Positions 43,380 to 64,000 of a stretch of DNA of 64,000 nucleotides are shown here, one piece after another. Source of the stretch: the human T2T-CHM13v2.0 reference genome, Homo sapiens; the NCBI RefSeq assembly GCF_009914755.1, contig NC_060946.1. The stretch is one strand, 5' to 3'. The position numbers and the translations under genes were made by a program. Numbering within the stretch: position 1 is the stretch's first letter; the number at the start of each line of letters is the position of its first letter. The notes under the pieces were generated by a model that saw only the letters and a program-made list of their open reading frames with translations, was not told where the DNA came from and ran no database searches.

Positions 43380-45196
43380 TGAACTCCTGCGTTCAAGCAA
43401 CCCTCCAGCCTTGGCCTTCCAAAGTGGTAGGATTATAGGCGTGAGCCACGGTGCCCAACCTATGCTAAACTTTTCACATCAGATTTATATGTGTCCTGTC
43501 CCGTTTTACTTCACCATGATTGGACTCAGTGTACACTCAGATGAAGAAACTTCAAAAAAAAAATACTGCTCCTTGTGAAGCAGAAGAAAGATTTTACTGA
43601 AAGTGATGTTTGTATTGGAGCATCATTAAAGGCATAAAGGAACTTGTGAACAAACTACTTGGTAGAAGCAGCCTGGTGATGTTGATTGGTTGATACTTTA
43701 GGAAGCGGGAAATGTCTTACTGGAGATAGTTCCTTCATTTCAACAGTCATTTGTGATACTGTTTTTTAATATTTGCCATAGGATAGTTAAAAGGTAATGG
43801 AACAAACTTCAGATTTATAAGTTTTTAATTAAATATAAAGGGGGCAAAAGTAGATAAATATCTTAAGAGCTCACCTTACTGTCTAGAAAAAATACTTGCT
43901 GGCCCAGCGCCGTGGCACACATATGTAAGTAATCCCAGCACTTTGGGAGGCCAAGGTGGGAGGCTTGCCTGAGCCCAGGAGATTCAGACCAGTCTGGGTA
44001 ACATGGTGAGACCCCCATCTCAACAAAATAAAAAATTAGGTGTGGTGATGTGTGCCTTTGGTGGCAGCTACTAAGGAGGATTGCTTGAGCCAGGAGGTGA
44101 AGCTGCAGTGTGCTGTGATCCCGTCGCTCCACTCCAGGCTGGGCGACAGAGCAAGACCCTGTCTCAAAAAAAAAAAAAAAAACAAAAAAAAACGGAAAAC
44201 ATAAGACAGCAATCAAATACAATAGATTTGGCTTCAGTAAATGAAAACCCTCACTGTAGGCCCTAGAATAACAAGACTTCTATATTACTAAAGCTGATTA
44301 CTGCTTGATGAACTCTGTACATGTGATGTGACTAGTATGAACTTCTGAGGTTGTTGAGATGAATGAGAATAAACGTGAGGTGCCAAGAAAAATGCCTGAC
44401 ACATTGAAAGTGCTGGATAAATGTATGCTGTCATCATTGTAAGCTGGGCTATCTCCTAATAGTGTAATGAGTCCATTGAATAACAATAGGTAACATGTTT
44501 ATAGTGCTTAGTGTGTGCCAGGTACTGTTCTAAACACTTTACATTTATTCACTCATTTAATCACAAATAACATGAAGTAGGCACTTTGCTGTTATGCAGA
44601 GATGGAAACAAGGTTATCCCTGCATCTTTTTTTTTTGGCAGGGGGAGGAGGACGGGAACGGATGGAGTTGGTTTTTTTTTTTGGAGCTTCTGAGACCCAA
44701 GCTTCAGGCCATGCTCCCCCAAGCACCTCCCCACCACCACCCCCCAAGATGTAGTCTTGCTCTGTTTCCCAGGCTGGAGTGCAATGGCGTGATCTCAGCT
44801 AAACGGAACTTCTGCCTCCCGGGCTCAAGCAATTCTCCTGCCCCGGCCTCCTGAGTAGCTGGGATTACAGGCGCCTGCCACCACGCCCAGCTAATTTTTG
44901 TATTTTTAGTAGAGATGGGGTTTCACCATCTTGGCCAGGCTCGAACTCTTGACCTCAGGTGATCTGCTCGCCTCGGCCTCCCAAAGTGCTGGGATTACAG
45001 GTGTGACCCACTGTGCCCATCCTGTTCCCTGCCCCCCCCCCCCCTTTTTTTTTAAGTTATTGAGACAGAGCCTCACTTGGTCACCCAGGCTGGAGTGCAG
45101 TGGCAGGATCATAGCGCACTGCAGCCTCAACCTCCTGGGCTCAAGCAGGCCCTTTGAGTAACTGGGACCTGTAGGTGCATGCCAGCATATCCAGCT

Positions 45197-45232
<36 letters not shown>

Positions 45233-45900
45233 AGACAAAGTCTCACTCTGTTGCCCAAGCTGGAGTGCAGTGGTGTCATTGCAACCTCCACCTCTCGGGT
45301 TCAACTGATTCTCCTGCCTCAGCCTCCCGACTAGCTGGGACTACAGGCATGCTCCACCATTCCCGGCTGATTTTTTTATTTTTAGTAGAGATGGGATTTC
45401 ACTATGTTGGCCAGGCTGGTCTTGAACACCTGGCCTCAAGTGATCCACCCGCCTCGGCCTCCCAAAGTAAAGTGCTGGGATTGCAGATGTGAGCTACCAC
45501 ATCCGGCCTATATCCAGCTAATTTTTAAAAATAATATTTTTGTAGAGAGGTGGTCTTTCTCCCCTCGGCCTTCCAACGTACTAGGATTACAGGCGTGAGC
45601 CACCCTTCTGGCTGTCTTTTCCTTTTTATTTTTTCACACTTCCAGTGGTCCTTGGGATCTGTGTATACTTTAGAATCATCTTGTCCAGTTTCTTGACAAA
45701 CTTCTAGAAGTTTGATTGATACTGCATTGAATCTATAGATCAGTACTGGGGAATGATGTTTTTAATACTGAGGATTTCTAAGTGTTTGAGATATTCTGTT
45801 TAGTCAGCCTTTACTTTTGAGTTTACACCTGTTTTATATACATTGTCAGTTTTTCCCTATGTTATAAATCTTTTTTTTTTTTTTTTTAAATTTGAGATAG

Positions 45901-46113
<213 letters not shown>

Positions 46114-46583
46114 TGACCTCCAGCAGTCCACCTGTCTCAGCCTCCCAAAGTGCTAGGATTACAGGCGTGAGCCACTGTGCCCGGCTCTACATTATTTAAA
46201 AAATTATTTGTAACCATTTGTTGCTGGCATACAGAAATTCACTTTGATACGTTTATATTTATGGTATAACCAGTCATCTTGCTAACCTCTCACAATTTCC
46301 AGTTGTGTGTATTTCTTTAAAATTGACAACAGTTGTGTATATTCATGGGTTATAGTGTGATGATATATGTATTTGCTTTGAACTTTCTATGTCAACAGTT
46401 ATATTATCTACAGACAATAAGTTTTGTTTCTTCCTTTTTCCTTTTTCTTTCTTTCCTTCTTTTTTGTTTTGAGACGGAGTTTTGCTTTTGTCACCCAGGG
46501 TAGAGTGCAATGGCACTATCTGGGCTCACCACAACCTCTGCCTCCCAAGTCAAGCGATTCTCCTGCCTCAGCCTCCTGAGTAG

Positions 46584-47032
<449 letters not shown>

Positions 47033-47119
47033 TGATCCGCCCGCCTTGGCCTCCCAAAGTGCTGGGATTACAAGCGTGAGCCACCATGCCTGGCCACCTA
47101 TTTTTTTATGTGTGTGTGA

Positions 47120-47410
<291 letters not shown>

Positions 47411-50109
47411 TGAATCTTATATTTTCTTTATCCTTTGTTACTATGGCGAATGACAGTTTATAGATGTTCTGGTGTCCCCTGGATTCCTGGGATTATCCCA
47501 ACTTGATGATGATTTTTGAGCCTTTGGTTTGCTCTTTTTAAAGAGTCTTGTTTCTGTGTCCATGAAGAAGATTGGCCTGTGTTTTTCTTATATTGGCCAT
47601 GTGTAATTTTTATATTATTTGTTTTTTTTTTTTTAGAAGTATTTGTGTTAGCTTGAATTGTATTTTCCTTGAAAGTTTGGTGTAGGGCATGCCTGTAAAC
47701 AATTCGGATATGGTGCTTTCTTTATGGAAAGATTAACCAAGGGCTTATTTTCTCTAGTAGCAGTAGGATTACAGTGGTCTGGCTTCCCATGTGCCTATTA
47801 CCCAGCTTCAGGTTTACTAGTATATTATACTACCCTTCCCCCCTTTTTTGCTGGAGTATTTTAAAGCAAATCCTAGCCATGTCATTTCACCAGAAATATT
47901 TCAATGTATATCTTTCAGTAAAAAGGATTTATTTTAAAATAATGCCATTGTTATAGTCAATAAAGTTAATGATTTCTTAATATCACCCATTTCTCAGTCT
48001 GTACCTAAATATGTCTTACTCTCATTTCAAAATGTGTGTTTATAGTTGGCTTGTTTGAATCAGGATTCCACCCCCCCCCCCCCCCAACTTATGCTATGGA
48101 TTTGTTGGAGAAACTGGGACATTCCATATCCTATATGATTTCTTTTTTATTAAGGTTTGAGTATTTTCTCCGGAATTTATTTATTTTGTATGTTTTCTTC
48201 ATTTGTATAAAGTTGATAGTATTGCTTTATCTTTTAATTTTCTTTTTTTCTTAACCTTCTTGAAGTTCGTCTTTTGTTACTCCAAAAAACTAACTTCTAG
48301 TTTTGGTAATGCTGTTACATTCCTATTTCCTGTTTCGTTTATGCTTTTGTCTTTGATTGTCTTCTTCATATTAATACTATTTTTCTAATATAATTTGGAT
48401 ACTTAATTCATTATTAGCAACCTCAGGAGACTCACTGGAGAGTTCATTAATTTGTAACTTTATTTATTATTATTATTTTTTTGAGACGGAGTCTCGCTCT
48501 GTCGCCCAGGCTGGAGTGAAGTGGCGTGATCTCGGCTCACTGCAAACTCTGTCTCGCGGGTTCATGCCATTCTCCTGCCTCAGCCTCCTGAGTAGCTGGG
48601 ACTATAGGCGCCCGCCACCACGCCCTGCTAATTTTTTGTATTTTTAGTAGAGATGGGGTTTCACCGTGTTATCCAGGATGGTCTCGATCTCCTGACCTCG
48701 TGATCCGCCCACCTCGGCCTCCCAAAGTGCTGGGATAACAGGCGTGAGCCACTGCGCCCGGCCTTTTTAACTTTATTTTCTAACATAGGCCTTTAGGTTT
48801 TGAAATATATTTTTTATTACTCAATTTCCTTTGTGATTTCTTTTGTAATTTATCACTGCCTGTTTTTAAAATTTCTAAAGTGGAGATTTTTTTGCCCTCT
48901 ATGTTCAGTATGCTAATGATAAAATATTTTCTTGGATACTCCAGGGGAAAAGTAAAAATTGCAAATAAAGTATGATCTCAGTTTTGTAAATCACGTAAGT
49001 ATAAGGAAATAATGAAGGAACTATATCAGTATATTAAGCAGGCATTTTTGAATAGTGGTTTTAGGTCAGTTTTGTTACACATTTGGGTATTTTTTGTTGT
49101 TGTTGTTGTTGTTGTTTGAGATAGGATCTCGCTCTGTCACCCAGGCTAGAGTGCAGTGGTACATTCACGGCTCACTGCAGCCTCAACTTCCCAAGCTGCC
49201 GCTATCCTCCTTCCTCAGCCTCCCTAGTAGCTGAGACCACAGGTACAGGCCACTAGGCCTGGCTAAGTTTTGTATTTTTTTGTGCAGTTTGGTTTTCTCC
49301 ATGTTGCCCAGGCTGGTCTGCTGAGCTCGAGCCGTCTGCCCTCCTTGGCCTCACAAAGTGTTGGGATTACAGGTTGTGAGCCAAAGTGCTCAGCCTTGTG
49401 GCACATTTTTGATGGAGGAGCCCATATGATATTTCAAAAGGAAAGAGTAATTCTGTAAAACTCTGGACTCTAAATTATGCCCTGAGATCTTGGGATACAA
49501 TTTGACTTAGTTCATATATGACCACATGTTGGTTTAGTTAATATATGACCATGTGCTTACTATGTTGCCAGTAGGCAAGGAGCTGGTATATAAGTGGTAA
49601 AACATGTCCTTCGCGAAGAATGCATGGTTGGAGTGAGGGGTGGTCACAAGGGATGGCAAGGGGAGGAGAGGAGGCAAACCCAGAGATAATTTCAGTGACA
49701 TGATAAAATGCTAAAAGATACAGAAGGAGCAGGATTGGGAAGAAAAAAAAAAAACTACAAGAAGAGGAAGGGCACATACAGGAAGAGTTATACTTAGGAA
49801 CTAAGATTAATTGGATCAAGTAGACCATTAAGGCAATATTTTGTCTTCAAGGGATGGTCCATTTTTTAAGAGGATAATAGCTGTGGAATTTTTGTTGTTG
49901 TTAGTAGACAAGGTCTCACAGTGCCCAGACTTGATGTGAATTCCTGGGCTCAAGCTATCCTCTTGCCTCAGCCTCCTGAGTAGCTTGGACTATAGATGTG
50001 TACCACTATGCCCAACACCCAGTAATGCCTTTTTAATGTGAAAACTACTTTAGAGAATTGAAAGGAAAGAAAACTCAAATAATTTCTATAATAGGTTAAT
50101 ACTGTCAAT

Positions 50110-50327
50110 AGGTCAATCAGGAGTAATTTTCTTCCCCCAGGGGATGTTTGGTGATGTCTGGAGACAGTTTTGATTGTCACAATTGGGATATGGGTGCTAC
50201 TGGCATAAGTAGAAAGACCAGGAGTCTCCTAATGATAATAGAGGGCACAAGACAATCACCCTCCACCCACAACAAAGAATTATCACATAGCTCAAAATGT
50301 TAATAGTGCCAGGGTTGAGAAACCCTG
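50110..50327. mobile_element. MER20 (hAT-Charlie) element
   Basis: CCCCCAGGGGATGTTTGG..ATGTCTGGAGACAGTTTTGATTGTCACAA..CAACAAAGAATTATC..AATAGTGCCAGGGTTGAGAAACCCTG. Confidence 0.85.
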
Positions 50328-51055
50328 CATTAATCTATACTTAGCACCCAGTTTTGTTTGTTCTTTTTTGAGACAGGATCTTGCTCTGTCACCCAGGCTG
50401 GAGTGCAGTTGTGCAGTTAAAGCTCACTACAACCTCAAATTCCTGGACTCAAGTAATCCTCCCACCTTAGCCTCCTGAGTGGCTAGGAGTATAGCCTAGT
50501 GCCACCACACCCAGCCGACTTTATTGTTTGTAGAGACAGGGTCTTGCTGTGTTGACCTGGGCTGAAGAATTCCTCCTGCCTTGGCCTTCTAAAGTACTGA
50601 GATTACAGGTGTGAGCTACCAGGGCTGGTCTTGCACCCTGTTTTTGGTAGGGGTGGTTTGTATGGTGAAGGAGCCAGAGGCATGGTGTTGTACCCTATTC
50701 TGGCTAGACTTTGGTTAAGGAAAGCTATTCTGTAGGCTACAGGTCAAAAACTCCGCCTGTTAAAGGCCTACTTTGAGGCAGGTACTATATAGGAACTTGG
50801 TAAAAAATGGTGGATAGCCCTCTGCTTAACTGGAGCACACACTGAGTGTTCCACAAATGACAGGTCTTTTGTATCAGTTGTGTGTCTTTATGTATTACAA
50901 TATTTAAAATGTTTTCTTTCCATCCTGAGTTTAGTTTGTGTGTAGATATTTTAACTGTTCTTCTAAGGAACTTGGGAATATTAATACAGCTTAATTGCAT
51001 TTCTTTTTTCCATGACTGTGGATACAAACCTTTAGCTAGCAACTCATGTAATAAT

Positions 51056-51549
51056 GGGTGTTGCACTTTTTTTTTAACAAAAAATAAAATTTTATTTCAA
51101 CTATTATGCTAATTCTATAACATTATTTAGAATGTTTTTCTTTTTTTAATTATCCTTTAAGTTTTGGGATACATGTGCAGAACGTGCAGGTTTGTTACAT
51201 AGGTATACATGTGCCATGGTGGTTTGCCGCACCCATCAATCCGTCATCTACATTAGGTATTTGTCCTAATGCTATCCTCTCCTAGCCCCCCATCCCCCAG
51301 CAGGCCCTGGTGTCTGATGTTCCCCTCTCTGTGTCCATGTGTTCGTATTTAACTCCCACTTATGAGTGAGAACATGCGGTGTTTAGTTTTCTTTTCCTAT
51401 GTTTTCTGAGAATGATGGTTTCCAGGCTTCATCCTTGTCCCTGCAAAGGACATGAACTCATCCTTTTTTATGGCTGCATAGTATTCCATGGTGTATATGT
51501 GCCACATTTTCTTTATCCAGTCTATCATTGATGGGGGGTGTTGTACTTT
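51056..51549 (-). mobile_element. 5'-truncated L1PA with 3' transduction, bounded by 14-bp TSD
   Basis: L1PA 3'UTR ~51148-51535; TSD GGGTGTTG(C/T)ACTTT at 51056-51069 and 51536-51549. Confidence 0.85.
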
Positions 51550-52105
51550 CAATCCCTTTTTTCCTTGGTCTTATTTTAGGTATAGTTCTTAAGTGTTTAA
51601 GTTTGTTGATATAACCAAATATCCCCTCAATTTAAAAAATCTATAAAATGGTTTTAGTATGACCTAAAAAACTACCATACAAATAGTATATATATAGGGC
51701 TGTGTGTGGTGGCTCACACCTGTAATCCCAGCACTTTGGAAGGCCAATGCAGACAGATAGCTTCAGCTCAGGAGTGTAAGACCAGCCAGGTCAACATGGC
51801 AAGCTCCGCCTCTACTAAAAATACAAAATTTAGCTCGGTGTGGTGGTGCGCACTTGTAGTCACAGCTACTTGGGAGGCTGAGATGGTAGAATCACTTGAA
51901 CCTGTGGATAGAGGTTACAGTAAGCCAAGATCGCGCACCACTGCACTCCAGCCTGTGCAACAGAGTAAGACCCTGTCTCAAATAAATAGAAAAACATGGA
52001 GTGAGGTTTGGAAATGACATTTAATGCTTATTGAGAACAATATAGAGCAGTTTTTTATTTTGGTTTTGTCATACTTTGACCTTTGTCTTTTCCCTTTGCT
52101 TTTAG

Positions 52106-52740
52106 ATTTTGGCTCTCTATTTGACTTGGAGCACGACTTACCAGATGAATTAATCAACTCTACAGAATTGGGACTAACCAATGGTGGTGATATTAATCAG
52201 CTTCAGACAAGTCTTGGCATGGTACAAGATGCAGCTTCTAAACATAAACAGCTGTCAGAATTGCTGCGATCTGGTAGTTCCCCTAACCTCAATATGGGAG
52301 TTGGTGGCCCAGGTCAAGTCATGGCCAGCCAGGCCCAACAGAGCAGTCCTGGATTAGGTTTGATAAATAGCATGGTCAAAAGCCCAATGACACAGGCAGG
52401 CTTGACTTCTCCCAACATGGGGATGGGCACTAGTGGACCAAATCAGGGTCCTACGCAGTCAACAGGTATGATGAACAGTCCAGTAAATCAGCCTGCCATG
52501 GGAATGAACACAGGGATGAATGCGGGCATGAATCCTGGAATGTTGGCTGCAGGCAATGGACAAGGGATAATGCCTAATCAAGTCATGAACGGTTCAATTG
52601 GAGCAGGCCGAGGGCGACAGAATATGCAGTACCCAAACCCAGGCATGGGAAGTGCTGGCAACTTACTGACTGAGCCTCTTCAGCAGGGCTCTCCCCAGAT
52701 GGGAGGACAAACAGGATTGAGAGGCCCCCAGCCTCTTAAG
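52106..52740 (+). CDS. EP300: EP300 coding exon 2 (aa 32-243; LSELL LxxLL motif, M/Q/G/P/N-rich disordered region)
   Basis: Acceptor CCCTTTGCTTTTAG|AT, donor AAG|GTAAGT, 635 nt; DFGSLFDLEHDLPDELI...GLRGPQPLK in frame with exon 1. Confidence 0.98.
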
Positions 52741-53595
52741 GTAAGTACAGTTTTGGTTTGTGTGCACAATCGGCATGCATGTGAGTATTGTCATGATGGA
52801 TGGAGGGTTTGCCTTACATTGTATAGCAGTTTCCACTATTACACGCCAGGAATTTACTGTGCTGTCATAAGTTTTAAGAAGTGCCTGTATTTAAGTAAAA
52901 CGTTTATTTTACAGCTGGTATTCTATAACTTCATACTTCCAAATGATTGCTGGCTAATGCTGGTTCTCTCTGGCACAAGTATTGGAATGTTTTTATCTCA
53001 TTTCCAAGTCCAGTTTAGCCTTGTAGCCTCCTTATAAAATTACAGTTTTGAGATGGCTGGCATTACACTATCTTCAGATGGATACTCCATTTGTTCCTAT
53101 TGCTTTGAATGTCCCTGGTTTTCAAGAGATACATTTATTCTGAGAAATGTATTAACTGTTATTTTTCTTTATTGGTTGATGGAAATTAAGGTGCATTTGT
53201 TCATGTGAAACCTCAACAGTGTAGATGTTTCAGTGAACCAGAACTTGGCCAAAGACTTCTGTTAGCTTTATTAACTAGAGAATGCTAAGTATATTAAAAA
53301 TATTTTAAACTTTTAAATGTGGATCCTGTATACATAAATAAGGCATAATCACACATACTTTAGTGCTTATTTCTTCATATTTTTCTTTACATATTTTATC
53401 TGTTTTTCTTAAAATGGGATCACACTATGGTTGCCAGTGCCTGGCATGTAGTTCGTTTTTGTTGAATGAGAGATGGCTTCACTTCGAAGATGAAATTGGA
53501 GATAGGTACGATTTTCACAAGGAGTCAAGAGCAAGCTTTCTCTGTAACAGGAATAATTTGAGCAGACATCAGGACTTCTGTGTTCCTGAGAATCT

Positions 53596-60640
<7,045 letters not shown>

Positions 60641-60774
60641 TAGTGTCTTTTCTAATAGAAGCTGAGAATTTCCTTTGAAACTGTCTTTGTGAACTTGGAA
60701 GTGAAATCAGAAAAGGAATAATAATGTCTTAAATTTTATTGCTTATTTTGTTTTCTTTTGTTTCTTACTCTTAG

Positions 60775-60951
60775 ATGGGAATGATGAACAACCCCAATCC
60801 TTATGGTTCACCATATACTCAGAATCCTGGACAGCAGATTGGAGCCAGTGGCCTTGGTCTCCAGATTCAGACAAAAACTGTACTATCAAATAACTTATCT
60901 CCATTTGCTATGGACAAAAAGGCAGTTCCTGGTGGAGGAATGCCCAACATG
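60775..60951 (+). CDS. EP300: EP300 coding exon 3 (aa 244-302)
   Basis: Acceptor TTTCTTACTCTTAG|ATG, donor ATG|GTGAGT, 177 nt; MGMMNNPNPYGSP...GGGMPNM. Confidence 0.98.
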
Positions 60952-61604
60952 GTGAGTACTAATCCATTACAGACTTGTTTTCAAACTGGCATTTTGACAA
61001 AAGAATTGTGTTAAACTTTCACCCTTCTGTTATATATGCTGGGATTTGTACCCACTAGGAGCCTAAATTGATATGTACTTGATGATCCCTGTGAGGAGGC
61101 TTGTGCTTCCTTTCCATTTCTCTGTTTTTTTTGTTCCATGTGGTTATTGATCAGTGAGCATGTTGATCCAAACAGGAGTAAGTGAACTGCTACAATGAAG
61201 TTTTAGGGGCCTGCCATTCAGCAACTTGGTCTTGTGAGCGTTTCCATACGATACGAAAGCGGAACCTTTCACTTTTGGGGGAAGGAATCTCTGGCAAAGG
61301 ATCCGAACTCTCAGTGACCATATTTACCAATATTATTTGATTCTACTACACCCAAGTAAATTCCCTCTCAAAAGTAATGTATTGTTTTAAACAGCAATTT
61401 TTGTTAAATAAAATTTTCAGGAACTTCTAGTGTTATTTTTGTACAGTCAAACTACTAGTAGTAAATGTGTCTGCATTCAACTTTGGAAAAACATTGTCTG
61501 AAAAAATCCTCTTTCAGATGTTTTAGTTTTGTCCTTTGTGTCATTATGTTTATGGACTGCCTATATTTGAGATACTCTGCCAAGTACTGGAGTTATACAG
61601 ATGA

Positions 61605-64000
<2,396 letters not shown>

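Noticed and set aside
52024-52105. Start of the 337-aa ORF upstream of exon 2
   Set aside because: Intronic branch/pyrimidine region that happens to be in frame; real coding begins at acceptor 52106
52181-52357. 58-aa alternative-frame ORF within exon 2
   Set aside because: Short, C at -3, downstream of several AUGs; consistent with chance

Overview
Primate (human-type) genomic DNA, very Alu-dense. It carries the 5' end of EP300 (p300 acetyltransferase, human 22q13.2) on the + strand: CpG-island promoter (~26.1-28.1 kb), the MIR1281 hairpin, and coding exons 1-4 (27917-28010, 52106-52740, 60775-60951, 62392-62653; aa 1-389, NLS, LxxLL and most of TAZ1). The gene continues past the window. 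Upstream lie a full-length processed beta-actin pseudogene (- strand, 8.5-10.3 kb), an RNY4 pseudogene and many Alu/L1/LTR/DNA-transposon fossils. Nearly all other ORF-track entries are Alu or GC-rich artefacts. Most notable unexplained signals: a candidate 26-nt intron-1 microexon with a TGATG stop-start that would restart p300 in frame at D32 without the N-terminal NLS; a consensus splice donor buried in the MIR1281 stem; further cryptic poison-splice candidates; an L1 3' transduction; and several template-switch or capture scars. All of these are sequence-based hypotheses, and no database check was possible.
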